Source: Spirochaetia bacterium (lineage in GTDB: Bacteria; Spirochaetota; Spirochaetia; UBA9216). From it: a DNA stretch of 64,000 bases. Below, piece after piece: positions 40,502 to 50,747 of the stretch (positions are counted from its first letter, which is position 1; every line of letters starts with the position of its first letter). The notes under the pieces are model-generated. The model saw nothing but the letters and a program-made list of their open reading frames with translations, had not been told where the DNA came from and did not search any database. A program made the translations under genes and the position numbers. Location: positions 768,001 to 832,000 of the forward strand of contig OZ223269.1 in the NCBI GenBank assembly GCA_965140585.1. Direction: 5' to 3'.

Positions 40502-41770
40502 ATGAATGAAACAAAAACTGCTTTAATACACCCGTGTTTTGATGAAAAAGCATCACATACAACTGCCAGGGTACATCTTCCTGTTGCTCCGAAATGTAAT
40601 ATTCAGTGTAAGTACTGTTCAAGAAAATTTGATTGTATAAACGAAGGAAGACCCGGTGTTTCATCATCAGTTCTTAACCCTGCACAGGCTGAAATTTATC
40701 TTGCAGAACTGATAAAAAGGATACCATTGGGTGTCGTTGGCATTGCAGGCCCCGGTGACGCCTTTGCCCAGCCTGAAGTTACAATTGAGACTATAGAAAG
40801 ATGCAGAAATGTTAAAAGTGATATGCTCTTCTGTATTTCAACAAATGGACTGGGAGCCCCGGAATACCTTGAACAGATACAGAAGGCAGGCGTATCACAT
40901 CTGACTGTTACAATGAATACCCTTGATGCGGAGATTGGTACAGGTATTTATCACTGGGCCAGATATAAAAAACGTAATTATCGCGGTCTTGAAGCTGCAG
41001 AGATTTTAATTGAAAGGCAGCTTGAGACTATAATTAAAGCAAAAGAACTGGGTCTCAGTGTAAAAGTAAATACTATTTTAATTCCCGGTATAAATGAAAA
41101 CCAGATAATTCCTGTAGCAGAGAAGGCTGCTGAAATAGGATGCGATATGATGAATATCATACCTCTTATACCTGTAGAGGATACAGTCTTTGCTGATATT
41201 AAGGAACCGGACTGTAAAACCGTAGAAGGGTTCCGTGCAGAGGCCGCCTGGTATATCAGCCAGTCAAGGCATTGCAAAAGATGCCGGGCTGATGCAGTCG
41301 GACTTCTGGGGGAGCAGCAGAAGGATGAGATTACAGACCTTTTGAAGGCTGCGTCTGAAATTGAACCTGAACCTGTGTACGGACGTGACAAGGTCGCTTT
41401 TGTTTCAAGAGAAGGTTTTCTGGTCAACAGCCATCTCGGTGAAGCTGATTACCTCTACATAATTGAGAATTTTGACGGTGTGTTAAAAGTCACCGATAAA
41501 CGGAAAGCACCTTTACCGGGAGGCGGAGACAGCCGCTGGCTTAAAATTGCAGCAGCACTTAAAGACTGTTCACATCTACTTGTAGGAGGCGCAGGTGATA
41601 AACCTGTGAGCATACTTACTGAATCTGGTTTGAACGTGGCTATAATTGAAGGTGTTGCTGAAGAAGCTGCAATGAAAATTTTTAATGGTGAAAGTATTGC
41701 ATATCTAAAAAAGCGGCACGTATGCGGAGCAGGTAAAAACTGTATCGGTTCAGGAAACGGATGCGGTTGA
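40502..41770 (+). CDS. nifB: Radical SAM FeMo-co precursor synthase with NifX-like domain
   Basis: HPCF, HLPVAPKCNIQCKYC, EGRPG, AGPGD, HCKRCRADA, VNSHLG. Confidence 0.96.
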   Translation: MNETKTALIHPCFDEKASHTTARVHLPVAPKCNIQCKYCSRKFDCINEGRPGVSSSVLNPAQAEIYLAELIKRIPLGVVGIAGPGDAFAQPEVTIETIERCRNVKSDMLFCISTNGLGAPEYLEQIQKAGVSHLTVTMNTLDAEIGTGIYHWARYKKRNYRGLEAAEILIERQLETIIKAKELGLSVKVNTILIPGINENQIIPVAEKAAEIGCDMMNIIPLIPVEDTVFADIKEPDCKTVEGFRAEAAWYISQSRHCKRCRADAVGLLGEQQKDEITDLLKAASEIEPEPVYGRDKVAFVSREGFLVNSHLGEADYLYIIENFDGVLKVTDKRKAPLPGGGDSRWLKIAAALKDCSHLLVGGAGDKPVSILTESGLNVAIIEGVAEEAAMKIFNGESIAYLKKRHVCGAGKNCIGSGNGCG

Positions 41771-41807
41771 ATATATAAAATGCCTAAAAATTTTAAAGGA
41801 GAAGATA

Positions 41808-42116
41808 GTGGAAAAGCCTTATAAACAAATTTTAGTATGCGGAAGTTTCCGGGCTTCCGGAGAACCCCAGGGTGTATGCCATAAAAAAGGTGCCATGGGA
41901 TTGATACCATACATAACAGAAGAGCTTCAGGACAGGGGCCTTGATACTATTTCAGTAGCAATGACCTCATGCCTGAATATGTGCGACCGAGGTCCCATTC
42001 TTGTAGTTTTTCCTGATAATACATGGTACGGCGGTGTAGATTCTGAAGATGCCGTTGACCAAATTCTCGATGCAATTGAAGAAGATGGTGTCGCAGAGGA
42101 ATTGTTATTAACCTGA
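41808..42116 (+). CDS. Thioredoxin-like [2Fe-2S] ferredoxin
   Basis: LVC...GVC...SCLNMCDRGP...WYG; GTG start with GGAG. Confidence 0.88.
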   Translation: MEKPYKQILVCGSFRASGEPQGVCHKKGAMGLIPYITEELQDRGLDTISVAMTSCLNMCDRGPILVVFPDNTWYGGVDSEDAVDQILDAIEEDGVAEELLLT

Positions 42117-42136
42117 AAAGAAATTATACTTCATAA

Positions 42137-43360
42137 ATGAAATTTAATCTTAAAAATTATTATTCAAGCAGCAGGATAAAGAGTTTTCTTATATCCATGC
42201 TGCTTTTTGGTATTGTAATAGGTTTATATAACGGGGCCTTCAATAATTATCTCTATGAAGTGCTTAGCCTTACAAAGGCTGAACGAGGCTGGCTTGAGCT
42301 TCCAAGAGAACTGCCCGGTTTATTTCTTGTTGCAGTTCTTGCAGTGCTCTACCGTTTTTCAGAGATTAAGCTGATTCGTGCCGCATTCTTTTTAACCGGT
42401 GCTGCTCTTCTTATTTTATTTCTTTTTGGTAATAACAGAATTGTTGCTGTAATCCTGATGATGGTTTACAGTACCGGAGAACATATTATGATGCCTGTCA
42501 GGCAGTCCGTAGGCCTGCATTTTGCCAGGGAGGGTAAAGACGGTGTTGCAATGGGCATACTCAGGGGGTTCGGAAATGCCGGTCAGGCTGTCGGATACTA
42601 TCTCGGACCGCTTATAATGCTTGCAGTTGTATTTTTTACAAAATCAGATGATCCATTTACTAAATATCGAACTGTTTTTCTTGTAGCTTTTCTTATTCTT
42701 GCTGTTGGATTGGTATTATCTTTCAGGCTTAAAAAATCAGAAAGCAAGGTAAACCGAAAAAAAATATACATAAGAAAAAAGTATACAAAATATTATCTGC
42801 TGGAAGTTTTTTTCGGGGCAAGAAAGCAGGTTTTTCTTACATTTGCACCATATGTATTGATTACAGTGTATGGAGCCGGTGCTGAACTAATTTCAGTATT
42901 ATACGGACTATGGTCAATAATAAATATATTTATCGGGCCGGTTATCGGCAGACTTATAGACAGAGTCGGGTATAAAAAGGTTTTAATTGCCGATTCAATA
43001 GTACTTATTTTTGTATGTCTGATCTACGGTTTTGCACATAGACTCCTGCCGTTTAATACTGCCTATGTAGTAATCTGTATAGTGTTTGTTCTCGACGCAG
43101 TAATGTTTGCTTTCGGGATGGCCAGAGATATGTATGCGCGCAGTCTGTCAGAGACAAAGGATGAAGTTACCTCCACCCTGGCAACAGGGTTATCAGTTAA
43201 CCACCTGATTGGGATATTCATTGCTATTGGCGGAGGAATATTGTGGGAGTCTCTTGGTATAGAATTCCTTTTCAGTCTCGCTGCTTTACTCGGACTATTT
43301 TCACTTTTATTCTCAGCTTTGCTGGAAAAACCTGAAAAAATGATGAATCGGCTTGTATAG
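42137..43360 (+). CDS. MFS transporter
   Basis: ~12 TM helices; ELPRELPG, GRLIDRVGYK. Confidence 0.88.
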   Translation: MKFNLKNYYSSSRIKSFLISMLLFGIVIGLYNGAFNNYLYEVLSLTKAERGWLELPRELPGLFLVAVLAVLYRFSEIKLIRAAFFLTGAALLILFLFGNNRIVAVILMMVYSTGEHIMMPVRQSVGLHFAREGKDGVAMGILRGFGNAGQAVGYYLGPLIMLAVVFFTKSDDPFTKYRTVFLVAFLILAVGLVLSFRLKKSESKVNRKKIYIRKKYTKYYLLEVFFGARKQVFLTFAPYVLITVYGAGAELISVLYGLWSIINIFIGPVIGRLIDRVGYKKVLIADSIVLIFVCLIYGFAHRLLPFNTAYVVICIVFVLDAVMFAFGMARDMYARSLSETKDEVTSTLATGLSVNHLIGIFIAIGGGILWESLGIEFLFSLAALLGLFSLLFSALLEKPEKMMNRLV

Positions 43361-43388
43361 TTCAAATAACCTGATAGGCTGAAATATT

Positions 43389-44243
43389 TTATACAAGAAG
43401 CCTTTCAGCTGATTCAGGTTTTTCAGAATCAATTATTACTAGAGTCAGAAGTTCGCCTTCGGACGCTCCGTTTATGCTTACAGTTAAATCAAACTGTTCT
43501 TTCCACACACCGCTCATCCGTGTAGATTCGTGTATATGACCATGAAGGGTAAGCTTTGGTTGAAAATCTTCTATAAAACGTCGAACCGCGATGCTTCCTA
43601 AATGCTCATCAATAGGGACATAGTCAATCATCTTGCCGTTCAGCTCTCCCAAATCAAGACTGCAGTTATATGGAGGCGTATGAAAAAGAAAAACAGTGTT
43701 ATCAGCATCTAAATTCTGACTTAGCAGGCTTAAATCCTCACTGATTGTCGTCCATTTAATATCATGTTCAGACATCTGAATTGATCGTACTCCGTCTTCA
43801 AGATCAATAGTTCCGGGATCCGAGTATCTGGAAACATCATAACGTTCCCAATCCTTAAGAAAAAAGGGGGAGGGAGGAACAAAGTTATAACCGCAGAAGG
43901 TAAGCTCTCCTGAAATAATAGTTCTGTTATGCAGATAATTCCATAATTCAGAATTTTCTAAAAAGGGTTCAAAAAAAGCAGGATCATCATTTCCCATTAT
44001 AAGCATTACTTCCGGATATTTCTCAGCCATTTCTATTTGTAAATCAGAAAATAGCGGCGTTAAAAACTCTGTTATGAAATTAACTTTATCCTGACTGTAG
44101 ATCTTTTTTAAAGGCAGAGACGGCGGAAGAAGATCTCCTCCCAGCAGAACAAATTCCGGTTTGAACTCTTTTATTTTTTTAGCGAGCTTATGATATTTAT
44201 CATAAGCACCGTGAAGATCTGAGACAAAGAAAAGTTTACTCAT
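43389..44243 (-). CDS. Calcineurin-like metallophosphoesterase (Icc-related)
   Basis: SDLHG, GGDL, MGNDD, FHTPP, LHGHIHE. Confidence 0.88.
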   Translation of the reverse strand: MSKLFFVSDLHGAYDKYHKLAKKIKEFKPEFVLLGGDLLPPSLPLKKIYSQDKVNFITEFLTPLFSDLQIEMAEKYPEVMLIMGNDDPAFFEPFLENSELWNYLHNRTIISGELTFCGYNFVPPSPFFLKDWERYDVSRYSDPGTIDLEDGVRSIQMSEHDIKWTTISEDLSLLSQNLDADNTVFLFHTPPYNCSLDLGELNGKMIDYVPIDEHLGSIAVRRFIEDFQPKLTLHGHIHESTRMSGVWKEQFDLTVSINGASEGELLTLVIIDSEKPESAERLLV

Positions 44244-44628
44244 CTATACTACCTTTCATTGGAAGCTTATGTGCGCCGTCACTGACTGCATCAATCTTGA
44301 TTGCAAAACTGTCACGTTTTTCTACATCGCTGTCAGTGATATAATGAATGTCCAGAAGACCTCCGGTTTTAATTCCGGTTCGAAGATAGTTCATATAATC
44401 CAAAGCATGACTCCAGGTATTCAAATAAAGCTTAAGTTTACTGCTTACCTGTTCGCCTGCAATATGAATAATTAGATCAATATCGCTTGCAGGGCCGCTG
44501 TCGGCATTCTTGGCACTGCCGAAAATATAAAAACCTTTAACATTAAAGTCCTGAATTATTCCGGCAGCAATTTCTTCAGCTGCTTCGTAGCGCCATTTCC
44601 AGTGATTTTCTGACTCAAAAAAAGACAT
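44236..44628 (-). CDS. Small polymerase-beta-fold nucleotidyltransferase
   Basis: hFGS...SDIDL (YIFGSAKNADSGPASDIDLII) plus third Asp in LLDIH. Confidence 0.8.
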   Translation of the reverse strand: MSFFESENHWKWRYEAAEEIAAGIIQDFNVKGFYIFGSAKNADSGPASDIDLIIHIAGEQVSSKLKLYLNTWSHALDYMNYLRTGIKTGGLLDIHYITDSDVEKRDSFAIKIDAVSDGAHKLPMKGSIDE

Positions 44629-44631
44629 GAA

Positions 44632-45597
44632 CTAAATATGAATATTTATGGTATTAATATCAATACCGCAGCCAGAACATTTGTCATCTGAGATACCGGG
44701 TAAAAACGTACTGTATCCGGAACGCTTAATAAGGATATTGCCGCATGAGGGACAGAGTGTATCCTGCCGTCCTCCGTATATATTTCCGGTATAAACAAAA
44801 TCAAGTTTGGTTGATGCTGCCGCTGCAAGCTGCATCAGCTTTCGGGGTTCAGTCGGTTTAATATTATATTTGTAAGAGGGGTAATAGGCTGATAAATGAT
44901 AAGGAATACCGGGGCTGATTGATGAGAGAAAATCTGCACACTGCATAATTTCTTTTTCAGAATCGTTTTTATCCGGAATAACAAGAGTTGTAACCTCTAC
45001 ATGAGATTTTGATGCTGCATTTTGTATGAAATTTAATACAGGTTCAAGCTTTCCTTTCAGTTCCTGTTTGTAGAAAGCATCATTAAAAGCTTTGAGGTCA
45101 ATATTAAGCGCGTCAGTATATTTTAGTAGCTTATCGGCAGGTGTTTCATTTATAAAACCGTTAGTGACAAGTATATTTTTTAAACCTCGGCGTTCAGCCA
45201 GTATCATACAATCAAGTAGATATTCAAAATGAATTAAGGGTTCACTGTAGGTGTAGGCAATTCCGAAACTTCCGCTTTTATCTGCTTTACTGATAAGTTC
45301 TTCAGGCTTATAAAAACTGCCGTAAGAAATACGGGGTTTAAAATCCTTTGAAATAGAATGATTCTGGCAGAAGGGGCATGAAAGACTGCATCCGAAGAAC
45401 CCTATGGAAAACACATTCTGTGAAGGATGGTAGTGATATAGAGGTTTCTTTTCAACAGGATCTATAGCTTCGGCCGAAATAAGTCCGTAAAAGGGAAGAT
45501 CTATTTCATTATTTTTTAATTTTCTTGTTCCGCAAATACCGAATTTATTTTCTTCTAAAAGACAGTTATGCGGACATATGCCGCAGCTGGTACTCAT
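44632..45597 (-). CDS. amrS: AmmeMemoRadiSam system radical SAM enzyme
   Basis: CGICPHNC, DPVEKKPLYH, CSLSCPFCQN, YTYSEP, DTLCPSCG. Confidence 0.88.
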   Translation of the reverse strand: MSTSCGICPHNCLLEENKFGICGTRKLKNNEIDLPFYGLISAEAIDPVEKKPLYHYHPSQNVFSIGFFGCSLSCPFCQNHSISKDFKPRISYGSFYKPEELISKADKSGSFGIAYTYSEPLIHFEYLLDCMILAERRGLKNILVTNGFINETPADKLLKYTDALNIDLKAFNDAFYKQELKGKLEPVLNFIQNAASKSHVEVTTLVIPDKNDSEKEIMQCADFLSSISPGIPYHLSAYYPSYKYNIKPTEPRKLMQLAAAASTKLDFVYTGNIYGGRQDTLCPSCGNILIKRSGYSTFLPGISDDKCSGCGIDINTINIHI

Positions 45598-46331
45598 TCT
45601 GAATCTTTGGTGAGTGCAAGGTTCTTATAAGCAAGATTATCAAGAAAGTCAATAAAACAGTCCCTGTCGGCTTCATCAAAAGATGAGAATCTGAAACTGA
45701 TAGTTTTATTGTTTCTTATAACCCTTACGCCAACAGAGCACACAAATTCACCGAATCGCAGTGAACATGCCGGCATATCAGTTCCTTCCTTTATGTCTGC
45801 ACAGAGCTGGGGACTGTCAGGGCTGAATTTCAGACCGTCAAATGATAAATCGATAACCTGTCCGGTCAAGAGGGAATAGTTCTCTGGATGATTAAAAAGG
45901 AATTCTACGTCTTCAAATTTTGTGGTACTGAATCGTCTGGGACCTCTTAAATCATTGTGAATTATGTATCTAGCAAGGATATTCTCAAGCTGAACCATTT
46001 CTTCCCGGTTTTCAAATGACTCGGAAATTACGGCATTTACACCAAGGCTGCCGGCTTTCATTGCCTCTTCTTCATCAAATGATTCACCCTTAAGAATCAC
46101 AAAAACGGACTTTTCTCTTTCAAAAAGCTGCCTTAAGACCTGGAGGAAGGGTTTCCAGTGCCTTGGAAAGTCTTCTGAGTTGAAAAGAACCGCATCGGGT
46201 GAGATTTCTGTAAGATTATCCATCGCCTTGAGCGGATTATTATAAAATATCAGGTCATATCCAAGTTTTTCAAAATGACCAATGAATTTATTACGTGTCT
46301 CTTCTTTATCGGTTACGAGAAGCAGTTTCAT
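45594..46331 (-). CDS. Receiver-like plus PilZ domain protein
   Basis: NPLKAMDNL..P, DFPRHWK; PilZ motifs RGPRR and DLSFDG. Confidence 0.75.
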   Translation of the reverse strand: MKLLLVTDKEETRNKFIGHFEKLGYDLIFYNNPLKAMDNLTEISPDAVLFNSEDFPRHWKPFLQVLRQLFEREKSVFVILKGESFDEEEAMKAGSLGVNAVISESFENREEMVQLENILARYIIHNDLRGPRRFSTTKFEDVEFLFNHPENYSLLTGQVIDLSFDGLKFSPDSPQLCADIKEGTDMPACSLRFGEFVCSVGVRVIRNNKTISFRFSSFDEADRDCFIDFLDNLAYKNLALTKDSE

Positions 46332-47269
46332 TCAGTACCCATATTCCTAACGTCGTAATCATAAATATACCATATGCCGTTATCACGGTGAAGATAATAA
46401 TTATACTCTTTGATTTCAGTAAAATCGGCAAATTTAAATTTCTCAGTGACCTTCACTTCAGCTTCAAAATCTGTGTATGAAGTTCTCATTATCTTGTATT
46501 CCCAGGGAATCATTACAATATCAGTATCAACAATTTCCTGTTTAAGAAGATCCCTGTACCGGTCAATCTCAAGTATACGATCTTTCTGAGAGAGCCTTCT
46601 GTATCGTTCAGAATTAGTCTGGCTCCGCAGATACAGACCTTCGAGATCTATATATAAAAGGAATTTATTCCACTGGCTTTTCTGTCTTGAACTGAGCATG
46701 TATTCAACAACTTCATCAGGCGGCAAGGGGGAAGCTTTTATAATTTCACCTGTTTCGTAATCAATCATATCCTGAATTGTTGCAGATGCGGCAGCAGGCC
46801 TCAGGTTGAGAGTAAGATTGTTTGAAACCATGTATTGTGATTTTGGACTGGAATACAGATCAGGATAAAACCTTGTATTAACAATATATACACCAGCCTC
46901 ATTCATTTCGGCGAAGTAGGAAAGGTCTTCAACAACAGAATAGCTTTCACCGGGTTCAAGGCTTACTTCACGGAAGAAAACCTGTTGATTAGTGTTTCTA
47001 TCCGTGATAAATTCTGCTGAATGATTAAGTGCCTTGTTGGTAAGCGTCCTGACATCAAATTCAAAATTAAAACATCGCAATTCTGATGATTTAAATCTGA
47101 AAGTATCCGGGCTGTTGTTGACGATTTCGATCTTTATCATTACTGAACTGTCAGTATAGTATATTTTCTTGTCGTAATATCTTATGTTTAATTCTACCTG
47201 CTGTGAAAACACAGGGACAATAACAGAGAATAACAGGATTAATGCAACTGGAAAGATTGTTTTTTTCAA
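46328..47269 (-). CDS. Secreted hypothetical protein
   Basis: Signal peptide; 313-aa ORF overlapping next gene; TTG start. Confidence 0.75.
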   Translation of the reverse strand: MKKTIFPVALILLFSVIVPVFSQQVELNIRYYDKKIYYTDSSVMIKIEIVNNSPDTFRFKSSELRCFNFEFDVRTLTNKALNHSAEFITDRNTNQQVFFREVSLEPGESYSVVEDLSYFAEMNEAGVYIVNTRFYPDLYSSPKSQYMVSNNLTLNLRPAAASATIQDMIDYETGEIIKASPLPPDEVVEYMLSSRQKSQWNKFLLYIDLEGLYLRSQTNSERYRRLSQKDRILEIDRYRDLLKQEIVDTDIVMIPWEYKIMRTSYTDFEAEVKVTEKFKFADFTEIKEYNYYLHRDNGIWYIYDYDVRNMGTE

Positions 47270-47311
47270 TTTTTCAACTCCAAACAGATCTTAATCTAAT
47301 TTTCGGTATAA

Positions 47312-50300
47312 TTGATGATAAATTTATTCTTAAATACAATAAATGAAAAACTCAAAGATTACAAACCATTTAAGGATTTACTTGAAAATATTCAGGATGA
47401 AAATTATCCGGTAAACCTTGAATGGGCTGACGGTTTTTTTAAAGCTGTTGTTCTTGCTCTTATAGCTAAAATTACCGGCAGGAATATGGTAATAGTGACG
47501 GCTGATGAGCGTGAATGTGAAACCCTTAACCGGGATCTTGAAGTTCTTGGCAGTAATCTTATTACTTTCAGCGGATGGAATAAACGTGTTTACCAGCATG
47601 GTCCTATACCCGTATCTCTTTTTGGTGAGCGAATTGAGATAATGTCTGAAATGCTTGAGGGCAGCAGTAATATTATAGCCGCTTCGGTACGTAATTACCT
47701 GACGCCTCTGCCTCCTCCTGAATATATCAGAAATCTCGCGATCAACATTAAAAGCGGAGATACTATAGATACCGTTGAGCTTGAAAAAAAGCTTGTTAGC
47801 TATGGTTATTTAAGAGTACCCAGAGTCAGCATGCATGGTGAATTTGCCCTAAGAGGTGAGGTTCTCGATATTTTTATTGCAGGAAATGAAAATCCGGTTC
47901 GTATCGTATTTGAATTCAATGAAATAGAGGATATTAAATCATTCGATGTCCTCACACAAAAATCACTGGCTAAACTCATTAAACTCAGGATAATTCCGGT
48001 TAAAGAAATTGTCTGGACAGATGAACGAATACTCGGGCTGAAAGCAAGATTTTTAAACCGTGAATATGGAAATATTGAAAGCCTCGACGGTCTCTTTGAA
48101 ATACTCGAACAGAACCGGACGATAGATTACGAAGAACTGCTCTTCCCTCTGAGTTTTGAATATCAGGCCCGGCTTTCAGATTTTAATCCGCCTGACGGAA
48201 TAACAGTTTTTTCTGGTGAAGAAAACCTCGGCAGGGTTTATACACAGCTGAGAAAGGAATACAACAAGCTGTATGCTGAAACCAGAAATGTGGAAGAACA
48301 GCAGGATGCTGCATTTTATCCTCATCCCTCTGAACTGCTGCTGGATTATGATGAAATAATCGAAAAAACCGAAAAAAAGGTTATCTTTTCAAATATCCGT
48401 GATCCTGAAAAGAAAGATAAGCGTATTGACCTTGAATATACTGGACCAAGGGCTTTCTTTGGAAATATTTCTTATTTTCGTGAAGAACTTAAATCACTTT
48501 CTGCCGCGGGTTATTCAGTATTTATCTTTGCTGAATCAGAATCCCAGGCGGAAAGAATCAGATATCTGCTTAAAGAGCAGAACGTTGAAGTTATTGCGTC
48601 CGGTATAAGTGCCGGATTTTCCATACCCGAACTAAAGATCATTACTATAGCAGAAAGCGAAATATTCGGCAGGCGGAAAAAACTGCCTTCTTCGATTAAA
48701 AAGGCCAAAAGCGAAGCAATTGATTCTTTTGTTGATCTTAATACCGGTGACTTTGTTGTACACGTGAACTACGGCATCGGCCTTTTTAAAGGAATACAGC
48801 GCGTAAGCACTAAAAAGACCGAAAGAGATTATATTAAAATTGAATATGCTGATGCCGAAACTGTTTTTATTCCGATTGAGCAGGTTAACCTCATACAAAA
48901 GTATATCGGAAATGAGGGCAGAGATCCTTCACTTGACAGAATAGGCGGCAAGGCCTGGGAAAACCGGAAAAACAAGGTTAAGAAATCTGTTGAAGATCTT
49001 GCCGACATGCTTATCCAGCTTTATTCTGAACGGAAAGAGGCTGTGGGATATGCCTTTCCTAAAGACACTGACTGGCAGATAGAATTTGAGGCAGCATTTC
49101 CCTATCAGGAAACTGCCGATCAGTTGAGCTGCATAGATGACATCAAGGTTGATATGGAAAGTCCTGCACCGATGGACAGACTTGTCTGCGGTGATGTCGG
49201 CTACGGTAAAACCGAGGTCGCAATGAGGGCGGCGATGAAGGCTGTTATAGGAGGAAAGCAGGTTGCTTTCCTTGCTCCGACAACAATACTTGCAGAACAG
49301 CATTATGAGAACTTCGTTGAACGCTTTGAGAGATTCCCGGTTGAAATTGACATGGTATCAAGATTTGTTCCTCCAAAAAAACAGCGGGAAGTGCTTAAAA
49401 GGCTAGCGGATGGAGAAATCGATATTCTGATAGGTACTCACAGAATACTTCAAAAGGATGTTAAATATAAAAATATCGGTCTGTTGATAATAGATGAAGA
49501 GCAACGTTTCGGGGTCAAGGATAAGGAAAAATTAAAGCAGCTTAAAACCAACATTGATTCACTGGCCTTATCCGCCACACCAATTCCCAGAACCCTTCAT
49601 ATGTCATTGCTTAAAATACGTGATATGTCTCTGCTTACAACAGCGCCTCATAACCGTCGTCCAATCGAAACATTTATCCGTGAGTTTGATGATGAAGTCA
49701 TTGCCGCTGCAATCAGGAAAGAAACCGACCGCGGAGGACAAGTTTTCTACCTGCATAACAGAGTCGAAACCCTGGAACAGGTCCAGATGTTTTTAAGCCG
49801 TGTTGTTCCGGAAGTCATGGTCGAAACAGCACATGGTCAGATGTCAAGCAGTGAGCTAGAAGACGTGATGCACCGTTTTATTCACGGCGCTTTCCATGTT
49901 CTAATAGCAACGACTATTATAGAAAACGGTATAGACATACCAAATGTAAATACAATAATTATCGACAGAGCAGACAACTATGGAATATCACAGTTGTATC
50001 AGCTGAGAGGGCGTGTAGGGCGTTCAAACAAGACTTCCTATGCATATCTGCTTTATCCAGATCAGAGAGCTCTGTCGGAAATAGCGATGAAGAGACTTCA
50101 GGTAATTTCAGATTTAACAGAACTTGGTTCAGGTTTCAAAATAGCCATGAAAGATATGGAAATTCGCGGTGCCGGAAATCTTCTGGGCAGGCAGCAGAGC
50201 GGAGATATCATGTCGGTCGGTTTCGATATGTATATGAAGATTCTGGATGAAGCGGTATCTGAAAGATCCGATGTATCTGCCGAACCAAAGGCGCCTGAAG

Positions 50301-50734
50301 TATTTCTTGAGCTCGACTATTCAGGTTTTATTCCGGACAGCTACATATCTGAATCAGTTGAAAAGATGGAAGTTTATAAAAAAATTGCTTCGGTACAGAC
50401 AGATGAAGAGCTTGCCGGTGTACAGCAGGAACTTGAAGACCGGTTCGGGCCGCTTCCCGAAGAAGTACTTAACCTTCTTGCTATTGCAGATATCAAAGCG
50501 ATGTCCAAAAAACTGCATATTTCAGCTATCAGGGAAAGGTCCGGCCAGATTCGGGTTGAATTCGCATATGTACGTGTTATTAATCCCGATAAGGTTGCCC
50601 GTCTTATTGTAGAGAGCGGCGGAAAAGTAACCATAAACCATAAAAAGATGAATGAACTGATAATAAAAACAGAATCTATAAATCTTTCAGAAAAGGCCGA
50701 GTTCATTAGAGAACGGCTTTCCATACTTATGTGA
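47312..50734 (+). CDS. mfd: Transcription-repair coupling factor
   Basis: RID (VVHVNYGIG), GDVGYGKTEVA, DEEQRFGV, SATPIPRTL, QLRGRVGRS, TRG and TRCF regions. Confidence 0.97.
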   Translation: MMINLFLNTINEKLKDYKPFKDLLENIQDENYPVNLEWADGFFKAVVLALIAKITGRNMVIVTADERECETLNRDLEVLGSNLITFSGWNKRVYQHGPIPVSLFGERIEIMSEMLEGSSNIIAASVRNYLTPLPPPEYIRNLAINIKSGDTIDTVELEKKLVSYGYLRVPRVSMHGEFALRGEVLDIFIAGNENPVRIVFEFNEIEDIKSFDVLTQKSLAKLIKLRIIPVKEIVWTDERILGLKARFLNREYGNIESLDGLFEILEQNRTIDYEELLFPLSFEYQARLSDFNPPDGITVFSGEENLGRVYTQLRKEYNKLYAETRNVEEQQDAAFYPHPSELLLDYDEIIEKTEKKVIFSNIRDPEKKDKRIDLEYTGPRAFFGNISYFREELKSLSAAGYSVFIFAESESQAERIRYLLKEQNVEVIASGISAGFSIPELKIITIAESEIFGRRKKLPSSIKKAKSEAIDSFVDLNTGDFVVHVNYGIGLFKGIQRVSTKKTERDYIKIEYADAETVFIPIEQVNLIQKYIGNEGRDPSLDRIGGKAWENRKNKVKKSVEDLADMLIQLYSERKEAVGYAFPKDTDWQIEFEAAFPYQETADQLSCIDDIKVDMESPAPMDRLVCGDVGYGKTEVAMRAAMKAVIGGKQVAFLAPTTILAEQHYENFVERFERFPVEIDMVSRFVPPKKQREVLKRLADGEIDILIGTHRILQKDVKYKNIGLLIIDEEQRFGVKDKEKLKQLKTNIDSLALSATPIPRTLHMSLLKIRDMSLLTTAPHNRRPIETFIREFDDEVIAAAIRKETDRGGQVFYLHNRVETLEQVQMFLSRVVPEVMVETAHGQMSSSELEDVMHRFIHGAFHVLIATTIIENGIDIPNVNTIIIDRADNYGISQLYQLRGRVGRSNKTSYAYLLYPDQRALSEIAMKRLQVISDLTELGSGFKIAMKDMEIRGAGNLLGRQQSGDIMSVGFDMYMKILDEAVSERSDVSAEPKAPEVFLELDYSGFIPDSYISESVEKMEVYKKIASVQTDEELAGVQQELEDRFGPLPEEVLNLLAIADIKAMSKKLHISAIRERSGQIRVEFAYVRVINPDKVARLIVESGGKVTINHKKMNELIIKTESINLSEKAEFIRERLSILM

Positions 50735-50747
50735 ACGGAAGTGTGAA

